From contig NIVC01000894.1 in assembly GCA_002269645.1 (NCBI GenBank), positions 248,001 through 312,000 of the forward strand: a stretch of 64,000 nt of DNA, in the 5' to 3' direction. Origin of the DNA: Macrostomum lignano. Its lineage: Eukaryota. The position numbers were made by a program, and so were the translations under genes. Positions 50,913 to 64,000 of the stretch are shown here, piece after piece. Below the pieces are notes generated by a model. The model searched no databases and had not been told where the DNA came from. It worked only from the letters and a program-made list of their open reading frames with translations. Each line of letters opens with the position of its first letter. Position 1 is the stretch's first letter.

Positions 50913-53179
50913 GGAAAGCAGATCTCGTAAGAGAGCGCCTAGCGCTAGAGAGTTCAAGATATTCAAGATATGATTTTTACATATACTGGATCAAGTTAGC
51001 ATTTAAAAACATTTATAAATACAAAAATCAGTTTGTAGTATTTTATTTATAGTTAAAAATTCAACCTTTAAAAAACAAAAAAAAATATTAAACTTTCAGA
51101 AAACTTTTATAATCTGTTCACAGATAAGTTTATATTTGTTAAAATCTAAAAGCGTATACTCTAAGCAGTTAAATCGTCAAGAGGTAGAGGGCGGTGTATG
51201 TGCCTAGCTCGCTCGTACATGCATGCTTGTACATATAAATACGGTTTATGTAGGAGCGTAACACCCGCAAGACGTTAAAGGTAGTTTAAGAATTGATTTT
51301 CAGTGTAAATTACAACAGTACATGATTACATATCACATGTACATGTAAATGTACAAAGTTATGTACAATTCCATCAGCAGTTACTTTATGCATATTTTGT
51401 CATATTAACAATTTACAAGTCTTTAATTCTTTACTATCAGTCCTGTGCATTTTTTGTATCAATCTTCTGCATCAATCTTGTGCATGATTTTTTCCTGCCG
51501 CATTTTTATTGTGGACCTAACCTAACGCCGTGTACTATAGCAACACGCGACAGGGATTGGAGCTAGAATTCGTTAGAATGCTCGACGCTAAAATTACGTC
51601 GATTAAACTGTATCATTTCGACGTAAAACTTTGACCTCGATAGTTCAACGTCATTTCGACCTGATTTTTACCAGCGAACGTTTAACTTTTCTATTAAAGA
51701 CAAGCAAAGGACCGGCTTGTGTGCACTCTGGTGCACTTTGAGCAACATTGTCCCACAACTGGCGAGAGAGGCATTAATGCCTATTCTGTCGACTCCCCAG
51801 CTGAGCGGGCACACGAGCGCGCGGATCGATACGTACGCAGTCAGAGCCGCACAAGCACACAACTCACACAGCTATAGGAGTGTACAGAGCGGTCCTAACT
51901 AATTAATATTTATCGCTATAGGCTGCATGTACACTTCAGCTGTGTCTTTGGGGGTTGGCCTTCAAGAGCAGTGTGTTAATTGCACGAGCAAAACGGTCGG
52001 TCGTTGACCACATACATGTACATGTAAGAGCGCTGCGCGCTAGACCGCTAGGCTTCGGCCCCTGTACATGTATACGTTAAATTTTCAGAAACCATACATG
52101 TAGAACTGCTGCATTATCTTCTGAACCTATTTGTGGATTTAGGGATAAGTAAGGTCTTCTGGCTGTTTTCCTATATCTATATATAGTGTTTGTTCAGTCA
52201 TGATGTTTGCATTAGATTAATTATTTTTTTGCCTCAGCTAAACCAAGAAACGTGCTTTGCTCAAAGTTATGAAATGTCTTGTCTTAAAATTTTGCAAAAT
52301 TTGCTGGTAAATTTTTTTTAAGTCACTGTCGATGGAAATGACTACAAGGAGAGAGATTAGACTCGTACATGTACATGTAAGTACAGTAACTTAAGCAAAA
52401 ATTACTGGTTAAAAAGACGATAAATCTAATGCATGTAGATATAGTTATACACAAATAACTATAGATTATTGAGTGAGAATATGATGTACGCTCGTATCAC
52501 TAATAGAGTCGAGATATTTTTTTTAGCAGTGACGTCGGTAGTGTAAATACATGTAGCAGGTAACCGCTGCTAAAGCATCTTTTATTCCAGATGGACTGGA
52601 TACGTAGCTAGTAGTGTTAGCTAAGAACTAAGAACCAATACGTTTCTTGCCATCTATTCTTTGTAGCTTACACGTATTTTAGCTTTTCAAGCTTTTTATT
52701 TGGCAAATATTCCTATACAGTTTCAAAAAACATGTAAAAAATTGACTTTATAGGCTTTCAACCCCCCCCCCCTCCCCTGGGAGCTCTAAGAAGCTGCTGC
52801 AGACATTTGTATTTGCACATGCGATATCCTGTAGCATATATAGTCCTAACTTTCCACAGTCGCTTCTTATCAAAAAAGTAAAATTACCTCTGCCGTCTCC
52901 TTAAAACTGAAATATTATTTACTAATCATGCATTCTGAAGTAAAAAATCATCGTCAAAAATATTTGGTCAAGTATGATCGAGGCACTAGTTTGCACTTTT
53001 AATTGATATTAGTGAGCCAATTGGTTTTTACATGCAATCTACTAGCTCACATTACATTTTTATCAAGAGATGAAACCAAAAAACCATGCAGGTTCACTGC
53101 GCATTAACTGCTGTGTTGTTAATTCAAGCAGAGCACAGTCAAACTCTTGCTCTTAAACTTTTCTTTAGTAACTGCAGAG

Positions 53180-54187
53180 TCAGCCACGCACGAAGAAGTC
53201 TCCATCGGTGCTGCTCAGACTGGCAGGCGGGTAGGCGAACCTCAGCAGGTGGCACAGGCGCTGCTGGCCAGAGAAAATCACAGCCTGGCAGTCAGCTGAG
53301 GCCTCGCACAGCATCAGGCAGTACAGAGCTGTTTTGGCGGCGAGGCTCCAGGAAGTAGGCACAGTCGACGAGACGTTGAGGCTGGGCATCTGCGACTGCT
53401 TGAAGCAGCTCCGCTCTGAAGCAAACAAACATAGCATTAATTTGAGTGGATCTCACTTGAACAGTAACCCCTCGTATCTTGAGTCAAGGACCTGTTTTGC
53501 AATTTTAGCCGAATAAGACAACTCATTTTTAGTATATAGGATGTTGGAGCTCATTTACCGAAAGTCAAAAGGTCCCGTTTAGAATATTTTATTATTGACA
53601 CGATAACTTACGAGCGTACAAGTCAATATTCTAAAAGCGCTAAACAGTAACTGATCGCTGATGTCTTGCTGCGATGAGCTCGCTGTTCAATTCATCACTT
53701 GACTGCTTGAGCGTCTACCAGAAATAGACAATCAATTCTGAGTGAGTGCAATCTGAGTGCAAGAAAACTCACTCGGATAGGTCAGAGCGAACACCGAATT
53801 TCGCCAAGAGCCTCCACAGATCTGGCTGGAGTTTCCGTTGCAAGGTCTATCGCATTCGCTTTCCTTGGCAGGTCCGACCGAGCCGTAGTCCCAGCTGCAG
53901 AAACAGGCCCATGCGTACTGCAACCCGAAGTACGGAAAGCCGCCAAGTGCGCAGAAGCCGCTGCAGAAGTCCTGAGTCATGCTGCCGCTTAACACCCTTG
54001 GATCCGAAACGGAGATTTCGCCGACGCTTTTGATTCCCGATAACCCTTTCATGTCCCTGGCGCTGTTGTCCTTGAAGCAGCCAATGTAAGAGACTTGAAT
54101 GACTCGAGCAGCGGTGACGTCAATGACGAGCAGGAGTGCGCAGCAGGCAGCTGCTAAGACTGCTGGGCGACTGCCAAGAGGAGACAT
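53180..54187 (-). CDS. Secreted WSC-domain plus PAN/apple-like protein, 216 aa, 2 exons
   Basis: Exons 54187-53773 and 53415-53180 (phase 1). Signal peptide; WSC pattern YIGCFKD..MTQDFCSGFC..YFGLQYAWACFC..C...C.G....CGG.WRNSVF; exon 2 has YCLMLCEASADCQAVIF....CHL. Confidence 0.85.
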
Positions 54188-54400
54188 CTTGGTCTCTTCT
54201 TTTAGATCTGAGAACTATTTTGTCACTTTTTTATATTGTACAGTCGTATAGGCTGCTTTTGGGTGTGAATCAATCACTTTTTTGAATTTCTTCATCTACT
54301 ACTGCTTTGAGTAGAGCTGATTGCGTGTTGAAATTTGAGAAACAATACATATTTACGCGGTGCACCTTGTTACTGTGCTGAGCAGAAGAATTACATCTAC

Positions 54401-54553
54401 CAGTGGCGCAACCAGGGGGGGGGGGGGGGGCGGTCGGGGCGGAGGTGGAGACCAGAAAAAAATCGTAGGGGGGACCAAGCGAATTTTCGCCAAAATACAG
54501 AGCCGCACCCCCTCTGCCCCCCCCCTCTAAACAAATTTCTGATTGCGCCACTG
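54401..54553. mobile_element. Short hAT-type MITE
   Basis: TIRs CAGTGGCGCAA and TTGCGCCACTG; TSD ACATCTAC/ACAGCTAC. Confidence 0.8.
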
Positions 54554-54776
54554 ACAGCTACTTTATGACGCAAAAGAGTCAATTGCAAGCGTGCTTATTT
54601 AAAAATTCAAGCCTCTAACGTTAAGCAATAGGTTCTATGCAGTTGCACCAGTGATTTACTTGTAGGTATTTTTTTTAGTATATTGGAAATTCTAATGTTA
54701 GTTTCAAAGTTTCACAGTTTTCAAAGTGTCACAACAATCATGTATGTGTCCAAAACCCTGCTGCATGCATCATACG

Positions 54777-55864
<1,088 letters not shown>

Positions 55865-55999
55865 ACCGGATATGAATCCTAACGTTAGATCGAATGTCTA
55901 CATGCAAATGGGTCAATCAAAACTGAGTCAGTTTCTATGGAAAGACACAAACTCGAATGTTAAAACACCCAGTAAACAGCGTTAGTTATTCGCATCAGC

Positions 56000-56450
56000 G
56001 TCTTCTTCTCACCAGTTGTCTTCATCTTTGCTGTGCACCCTTTCTTTCTCTGCTGAGCGAGCGACCGCTGACAGTTGACCAGTGATGCAGAAGTCTGACA
56101 AACACTTGGCCATCTCCCTAGAGCAGCGCTCACTGCGATTTCTGATTTGCCTGTGAATGTTAGCAAGAACAATGGAAAGAACTTCTCTTGCAGCTGTTGA
56201 CTCACCCCTCTTCAGAACGAACAGCTCTGCTGTCATGAAGGTGCGCTCCATCTGTCAGACTGCAGATATGACTGCCTTATTGGGGATTATCGATCAGGCT
56301 TCCTGTTTCACCCAGCCCACTTTTTGGCTTCAAAAGGGCGTCTCTTCCAAATCATCGCCTTTCAACGCCTGCTGACACTCTTCGCACTTGAAGGTGCGGA
56401 TTTGAAGAGCTTAGGTAAAAAAAGCTCTTTTGGTTTGGAAATCTCCGGTA
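56000..56450 (-). mobile_element. Possible P-element/THAP9-like transposase C-terminal relic
   Basis: RTFKCEECQQAL ... GSLI..PNKAVISAV.QMERTF, read across stops and a frameshift, resembles the CxxC...GxLxxP region of P-like transposases. Confidence 0.4.
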
Positions 56451-56771
56451 GTTAGGAAATTAGTTTTCTTCGGTACAAAAGATAAACAGCTGGCGTGAGA
56501 TTTTCATTTTAAGAGTTTATCTGGAAAGGAGAGGATCGAAGAGCTAGAAAGGTGTACTATATTGTGTATAGTGTACGTACTAGAGTGTACTCAATGGATG
56601 AATACTCGTAATATAAGTTGCATGCATATAAGTTGCATGGATTATTAATATAATATAAGTCATACTACATTTATAATGACACTGTGTCACGCGCTGATTA
56701 TAATGACATAATCGTCAACCAGTATCATAACTAATAAAGTCATATTTTTTAAAATTTTTTTACACAAGAAT

Positions 56772-56854
56772 CTGCTGAGGTTTACCTGCTGAGGTTTGCC
56801 TACCCGCCTGCCAGTCTGAGCAGCACTGATGGAGACTTCTTCGTGCGTGGATGA
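56772..56854 (+). pseudogene. Isolated fragment of WSC-PAN exon 2 (C-terminal end), inverted relative to 53180-53415
   Basis: CCTGCTGAGGTTTGCCTACCCGCCTGCCAGTCTGAGCAGCACTGATGGAGACTTCTTCGTGCGTGGATGA is nearly identical to the reverse complement of 53180-53250. Confidence 0.85.
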
Positions 56855-57061
56855 AGCAATAAGCTACCGTAGGAATAAACTGAAAATTATCGACACGAAT
56901 CCGTTTGAATAAAATTGGAATTATCGGCACGGGACCGTGGGGATAAGCACTTCCAATTTTGATTGCCAGTAGGAACAGCTGTCTATGCAATTCTTTTTGA
57001 GTCCCAACAGGGTTTGCCTTCCAATATTAGCAAACTCTGGAAAGACAGGCCTCCGCTTTTT

Positions 57062-57800
57062 AAAGAGTTCGCTTTAGCACACTAGAGAGAGAGAGGGAAA
57101 GAGAGAGAAAGAAAGAGAGAGAAAGAAAGAGAGAAAGAGAATTAAGTCTAGTGTCTAAACGCACGAACTCCCACTTCCAGACGTTAATCCTGGGAACAGG
57201 ATGCAGTAATCATTTACTGATGCCGGCTCCTCTTCTTTGTTGCGCAGGTTCTCCGAGCTCGTTTCTCAAATCTTCTTCCTCCGGAGTAGTCTTCTTGAAT
57301 TCTATAATCGGCCGAGCGTGAGAGCTTAACAATTTAATTCGTCGACGTCGAAGTACTCCTCGAGTGCAGAAATCAGAGATGCGCCCTAATAAAAAAGTCA
57401 ATTCTTTAACAACGACGAGATCCTCCAAAAAGGGCGTCTTCTTCTAGAAATAACGGAATCGGAGTCGTGTGCTCCTATCGGTTACTCTAGGGTAACAAAT
57501 CAAACAATCAATAGTCCTCTTAGAGTATTTGAGTCTGTCCTCAGATCCTATCCAATCCCTTAGGAAAAGGGAGGCCTCAAACTCAATAGACTCAATAAAA
57601 TCAACTGAACAGTAACGGCCGGCAATAACAATCGCTCTCAATAATCAAAATAACGAAGACTCGAACAAAGCTTACCAATTGGTTTTTATCTCTTCCTCAG
57701 AGATAAAGCCTCGTTTGGCTGCTTTTGCAAAGCCCAAGATCTTTGGAAGCTGCTCCGAGTCTGAGATTTCAGCTCGGACTTCGCGTTTGTATTTATACAC
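57062..57800. repeat. Dispersed repeat with (GA)n tract, copy A (possibly LTR-derived)
   Basis: Colinear similarity to 60240-61105. Confidence 0.75.
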
Positions 57801-60030
57801 AATTTGTCGGCCTTGAGCTCAAAACCGGTTTTTTGATGAGGTCACGAAAGGAATTTTATTGTTTGACAGGTGGGGTTTTTGAATAGAGAGGGGTGAGACT
57901 TGGGTCACATTCAGGTTAACATTTACCATATTTGGAAGTTCTAAAAATAGAAGTCGAGAACCGGTTTTTCGGACAATAGCATAGTCACTCGCTGTTTGCG
58001 TGATATTACTGGTATTACTAAAAATAGAGTATGACGCATAGCTATTTTTAAACTGGTGTTCATAATTTTATCTTACTACTTCTTGTAGTCTACTACGTTT
58101 GGAGATCTTTAAATTTTATTGACAGGTATTCATTTTACTTAAAAGACCCATAGAGTAGAAACTATAGTGGGAAGAAATGTGCTTCTCCAGTTCTCAATAT
58201 GCTCAGCAATCCTACATGTAGCTCCCAAACTGCATCAGGAGTAGAGAGCTATTCAACCTAGCACAGCTGTTCCATTACGACTTCTTGTCTGCCAATCTTC
58301 ATTTTAACTTTAGGAATGCTGTGCATTGGTGTAGCAAACATCAATACCTTAACAACATAAACCAATGAGATTTTTGTTAAGATTCTCCTATATAGAGCCG
58401 TCTGCACGAAGTCAAGGACTACTAAAATCACATTATGTTGCACGTAAAAAATCACAAGGTTGTATAAAAAGATGCAATGCATCGTCTATGCTTTATTAAA
58501 AGCCTCAGCTCAAGCTGAATCGTTGGGATATGTGATGAAATATGAGTATTGTTTAATTGTTAAATGGTCATTGGCTTTGAAGAAACTCGTGCACTTTTGC
58601 ATGCGAGCAAATACACTCCAAATGAAAATGGAAAGGATTTGCATTCTGTACTTCGGCTCATTGTACTCGTACGCATCAACTTGCAAGCAAAGCTACATAC
58701 GCTCGTACTTTCGCGAATATTATTAGCGTTAAAATTTCACTACAAAATTCATTCGTACGAGTGTAATAGCAACTTTTAGAAGTGTCACAAACGCACAGAG
58801 AACTGCTGTGTTTGCTTTATAGTCGCCTGACGAACTCTGTCCCGATTTGGGAAGATTGTTCTGATGGTGCAAGCCTGCGAAAAAGTTTTATGTTTATTAT
58901 GGGAAAGTCGAATGGGCGGACACACGCGATAGAAATCCGTTTGGTGTTTTGAAACAAAATAGAAAATTCGCTATACTACTTTTAGTAAATGTTTTAAAAT
59001 GCGTACATGCTACACCTCAGACACTTTCTACATGCACGAATTAGCGAGGTAATTTATCAGCTTGCAGTACAAGAATTGCAAATTGGTTTCAGATGAGAAT
59101 AAAGATGCATGCAAATGATTAGTTTGAGAGCTAGGATTAGATAAAAATGACATTTTAGTAGCACTTATACAGCTAGGTTGAACTGGCATCTCTTGCTGCA
59201 GTAGTGTACCAGAGTGACTGCAGAGTGACTGCAGCAGAAAAGTATACGTTGCAATACAAGCTGGAAGTCTGCCTACCCCAGGTTTCTCAAACAAACGTGG
59301 AGCTCAGACAGCTCCTAGTCATATAAATGACAAGCACTTGTTCCTTCTTCACGGGCTTTTCTCATTAGCAATCAAAATTCAGATGTGACCTGCGCAAACA
59401 TACTAAAGTCTAGAAGCTGCTGGGCGTCTTGCAAAATAGTAGGCCTGTTACAGACAAGATGCAAATTACAGGACGTATAGGAGCTGATAGCTACAGGACG
59501 TATGATAGCTTAAAATATGTTCACATTTATTGAGATACTCCAGCACAGTCTCACTCTGTTTAAGCAAGTTGCAAAGATCGCGTGACATGTGATATGCTCT
59601 TGCCCAGTAATCCTTGTGTGCCGAATTGTGAACTAGTCTGAAACTCTATATAGCCGGACGCAGAATGCCTGCTGTGAATAACTTCGAAACCCTTAATTAC
59701 TTTCTATTGTCAATTTGAAGTTTGAATTAGACGGATTAAAGTTATTAATTCTTGGTGAATTACGCAATTTTAGAGAAGTTTTTAAAGCAGGAAAATTTAA
59801 ATAAACCAGGTAACACGAGCATCTTTGTACTAATGTGAGCTCAACTAATGTTAATTCATTGTACATGTACTTTCTACAAGGATGACTGAAGTAATCTATA
59901 TGGACAACAAATATAGTGACTACAAAACAGTTTTCGATTTTTCAAGGCGTAGACCAATATAGTAGTTCGTAATAAATTATTTAAAAGGGTTTTCAACCTT
60001 TAGCAACTCAAGACGACATTGAACACTCAC

Positions 60031-60200
60031 TGGGGTAGGTCAGAGCGAACACCCAGTTGCGCCAATAACCTCTGCACACCTGACTCGAGTTTCCTGAGCA
60101 AGGATAATTGCAAGCTGTTTCATTGGTTATTCTCAAACGACCGTAGTATCTGCTGCAGAAGCACTGCCGCTTCGAGCCGCAGCCAGTCCGAACCAGCAAT
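60031..60200 (-). pseudogene. Truncated WSC exon 1 (3' half), cut by the dispersed repeat
   Basis: QCFCSRYYG...CNYPCSGNSSQVCRGYWRNWVFALTYP followed by the same GTGAGT donor as in the intact gene. Confidence 0.8.
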
Positions 60201-60239
60201 TTTGTTCCAAGGAACAGACGATCGAGGCGACGGAATGAA

Positions 60240-61105
<866 letters not shown>

Positions 61106-61267
61106 AAATTTTGCGACTAAAATTTGAAATATCTAAATTTAAATATTACGAAATGGTAATTTACTGCTTTCTTGATATTACAAAAATAAAGTTTGACCGC
61201 ATGGCATTTAGATTTTTGGATTTTTTGCATTTTATCTTGCTTCTTCTCTTTACTTTTCCATATAGTT

Positions 61268-61614
61268 CAGAGGTCGGCAACGTTTTTACTCCAAGGGTCA
61301 GACAAAGAATCCAGCTCACGGCTGCGGGCCCGATGAGAAGGAAAGGAGAGAGGAAGAGATCCGAGAGAAGAAAAAGAAGAAAAAAAGATGAGAGCGAGAG
61401 AGGAGAGAAGAGAGGAGAGATGAGAGATAAGATGAGAGATGAAAGTACAGAAAAGAGGGAGAAAAGAGTGGAAAGGAGAGAAGAGAGCTAAGAAGGGACG
61501 GAAGCCTTCTGCAGGCCCGGATGGCCATTGTGAATTTTCAAAGGACCCGAGGGTCGAATAGAGAGGCTTCGTTAGCCCCATCTGGCCCAACGGACCGGAG
61601 TTTGCGAACCCCTG
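61268..61614. mobile_element. hAT (Charlie-like) MITE with purine-rich interior
   Basis: Ends CAGAGGTCGGCAAC and GTTTGCGAACCCCTG. Confidence 0.7.
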
Positions 61615-61682
61615 ATATGGAAACAAAGTTAGCTTTACTAACCTGACACAGCGCATTGCAGCAGAGTAATCTGAGATGTCTT

Positions 61683-62453
61683 TCATCGGCTTTTTATTGC
61701 AATAGTATCCAGGTTCGAGCCGAACTCCACCAAAGAATAGACGGCCTGCCCGTTTCCCCGGAAGTTGCAGGGTGCCTCGCAGCGATGGGCCTTCGCGCCG
61801 AACCGGCGATGATAAAAGCACAGCCCGCTGTCCTGACCGCGCTGTGGGGGCCGATGCTGCCGGGCCGGGCGGCTGCTCCTGCTGGCCGAAGCCACCGCCG
61901 GCTGGTCAGGCGGTGGGGAGGTCGCCACCGCTGGCTGCTGGACGGAGGCAGCGGTGAACTGCGGCCTGCTGGCCCACAGCCTGTCGGCGAGCTGCGCTGC
62001 TTGCCGAGGCTCCGCGAAGTCGGCGGTGGCCATGGCCATGCGCACGTCCGGCGGCAGCTGCTGGCGGAACAACTCTTCCAAGAGCAGGCACGGTGGGTGG
62101 TCTCCCAGCAGGGCGAGCATCTCATCCATAAGTTCTGAGGGCCGCCGATCACCGAGGCCGGTCATGTTGAGCAGGCGACTGGCCCTCTGCTGCCTCGTCA
62201 AGTCGAAGGTGCCTTTGAGACGTTGCTTCAGCGTCTCGTACTTGCCCTCTGCTGGGGGAGCCTCTAAAATGTCGAGGAGGCGTTCAGCCGTTTGCTGGTC
62301 GAGCGCTGCCACCAAGTAGTTGTACTTGGTCGCATCTTGCGTGATTCCGCGCAGAGAAAACTGGGCTTCGGCTTGAATGAACCATGCGCGGGGTTGAGCT
62401 GCCCAAAACGTGGGCAGTTTGAGAGGGACAGCTGCCTCTGTGTTGGAAGCCAT
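61683..62453 (-). CDS. Retrotransposon Gag with CHCC zinc motif; the last ~18 codons read into flanking DNA
   Basis: KLPTFW...AWF.QAEAQF...ITQDATKYNYLV...LGDRRPSELM; CFYHRRFGAKAHRCEAPC. Confidence 0.88.
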   Translation of the reverse strand: MASNTEAAVPLKLPTFWAAQPRAWFIQAEAQFSLRGITQDATKYNYLVAALDQQTAERLLDILEAPPAEGKYETLKQRLKGTFDLTRQQRASRLLNMTGLGDRRPSELMDEMLALLGDHPPCLLLEELFRQQLPPDVRMAMATADFAEPRQAAQLADRLWASRPQFTAASVQQPAVATSPPPDQPAVASASRSSRPARQHRPPQRGQDSGLCFYHRRFGAKAHRCEAPCNFRGNGQAVYSLVEFGSNLDTIAIKSR

Positions 62454-62743
62454 TGTACGAAATAGCTATGTCGGGCTCACCAATTTAGCGGCTTGCGAAA
62501 ACGAAGTAAGTTGCAAGCGAGAAAAGTGAAAGTTTATTTGCTTTACGCGGTAAGTATAAATAAGCACGCGATCACGTGAGGAGGTGCGCCAAAAAGGTGG
62601 CACGATTGAAGGCCAACCCCCCCCCCCCCCGACTTAGCATACTGACTGTCTGTCCGAGTACACCCACCCCCAGCCTGGCGGGCAGGGGGTTTCAGTGCAG
62701 ATGTACTCGCAATCGCTGGCTGCGTGCTGATTGGGCCGCCACA
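61740..62743 (-). mobile_element. Truncated Ty3/Gypsy LTR retrotransposon (CsRn1-like): 5' LTR, PBS and gag
   Basis: LTR ~62743-62483 (TGTGGCGG...CCGCTAAA, with AATAAA); PBS TGGTGAGCCCGAC (tRNA-Trp-like); pol absent. Confidence 0.85.
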
Positions 62744-63786
62744 AATTATTAGCTAAACCACCGCATCTAATTTAATTTGCTTGACTGTTTTACTACTTCA
62801 AAACGAAAATTATGGCCGTAAAACTACTTACTTCACTACCTACTGTCAATCATTCAGCCAACCTCTTTAATTCGAATTAAAGCTTTACTTCTGTGCTCAC
62901 TTGACTATTTTTGACTCGAGAAGATGTTAAAAACTTTTTGAATTCAGTATATTTCAGCTAAAGCAAGTCAGCAGGCTGACAAAATGGCTGTAAAGGAGAA
63001 AAACATGTACGACTGGCCTCATGAAGATATGAAGACAATAGTAGCAGAAGTAGATAAAATTAAATTGCCGCTGTTTAAGTTCTATGTTTCAGTAAAGCAT
63101 AATACTCGTAAAAAGGCATTCAGTTTAGTCTGTGAAGCACAACGATCGCATCCGATGCGTGCCACCTGTACTGAATTACGCTATGCAAAGAAAAGTTTCA
63201 GTTTTAACAGTGTTTGTCATCCAACACTAGCAAACGCTGCAAAAGGTGGCCACGGTTTTTCTAGAAATTCTGTATTTTTTAGATGCATATTGAGTAGACA
63301 CTTTTCAAGTACGAAACTCACGACCTGACATATAGCACCGAAGTTACTGCTTTGAACTGTTGGGGCTAAGAATGGATGCCTAAAGCTTTATGCCAAACTT
63401 AGGCCAAAGCTTTGTTTGAATATTATAATATTTACCTTGCAAATTAATCCTTAAGTACATAAAATTCGTCAGATCAGCGCAGTAGCAATGTACACTGTAC
63501 ATGCACATTGTTGAATGAAACTAGCTGCATCAATAACCCTAATTTCCATTCGACTGCAAAAATAAAAATATTTATTCATGAAACATTTCTGGTTGAGCCG
63601 CGTACTTCGAATACACCCAATCCCCGTTATAATTTGGACATCCAATCAGCTCTACTCGGAGCAGGAGTAGATGAAGAAGCGAAGAAAAAAGCTTGATTCA
63701 CGCCCAAATGCAGCCTATGAGGCTGTACGCTCGTAGTATATAAATCAGCGACGAAAGAGTTCTTAGCTCTAGAAGAAGAGACCAGG

Positions 63787-64000
63787 ATGTCTCCTCTTGG
63801 CAATCGCCCAGCAGTCTTGGCAGCTGCCTGCTGCTCTCTCCTGCTCGTCATTGGCGTCACCGCCGGTCGAGTCATTCAAGTCTCCTACATTGGCTGCTTC
63901 GAGGATAGCAGCACTAGGGACATGAGAGGCTTATCGGGAATCAAAAGCGTCGGCGAAATCTCCGTTTCGGAACCAAGAGTGATAAGCGGCAACATGACTC
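63787..64000 (+). CDS. WSC-domain secreted protein paralog (5' part; runs off the window)
   Basis: MSPLGNRPAVLAAACCSLLLVIGVTAGRVIQVSYIGCFEDSSTRDMRGLSGIKSVGEISVSEPRV is closely similar to 54187-53970, in the opposite orientation. Confidence 0.88.
   Translation, partial: MSPLGNRPAVLAAACCSLLLVIGVTAGRVIQVSYIGCFEDSSTRDMRGLSGIKSVGEISVSEPRVISGNMT

Noticed and set aside
58250-58900. Possible hAT transposase relic (HCTRTHQLASK)
   Set aside because: Only one weak motif; the surrounding motif order is not convincing.
62984-63328. 114-aa ORF with faint HTH-psq/pogo resemblance
   Set aside because: Similarity is too weak to support without a profile search.

Overview
Eukaryotic (animal) genomic DNA, not prokaryotic: GT-AG introns with consistent phases, GC-rich exons in AT-rich and very repeat-rich intergenic DNA. 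The gene content, short introns and abundant 14-25 bp minisatellites suggest a lophotrochozoan, possibly a free-living flatworm such as Macrostomum (inference only). Gene models were built by hand from splice signals and phase checks. They are: (1) a minus-strand gene joining ankyrin repeats to two tandem Ser/Thr kinase domains (about 3966-7551, start exon not found, one 1-nt frameshift); (2) a second small ankyrin-repeat gene (12014-12844); (3) two tandem, intronless RING-less TRAF-like genes (Zn finger, coiled coil, MATH) inside a ~4.7 kb duplication that also carries telomere-like and G-rich minisatellites; (4) an intronless synaptotagmin-like gene with an apparent signal peptide; (5) coactosin (4 exons); (6) mitofusin (6 exons, introns largely minisatellite); (7) a family of secreted WSC plus PAN/apple-like proteins (one complete copy, one running off the window, two fragments). 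The rest is TE debris (RNase H LINE, L2/CR1-like LINE, two Ty3/Gypsy relics, tRNA-derived SINEs, hAT and TA-flanked MITEs, possible Crypton and P-like remnants) plus many tandem repeats. The most interesting items are the ankyrin-kinase-kinase gene, the mosaic TRAF-like duplication, the WSC-PAN family and the signal-peptide synaptotagmin. No database search was run; all family assignments rest on motif recognition.
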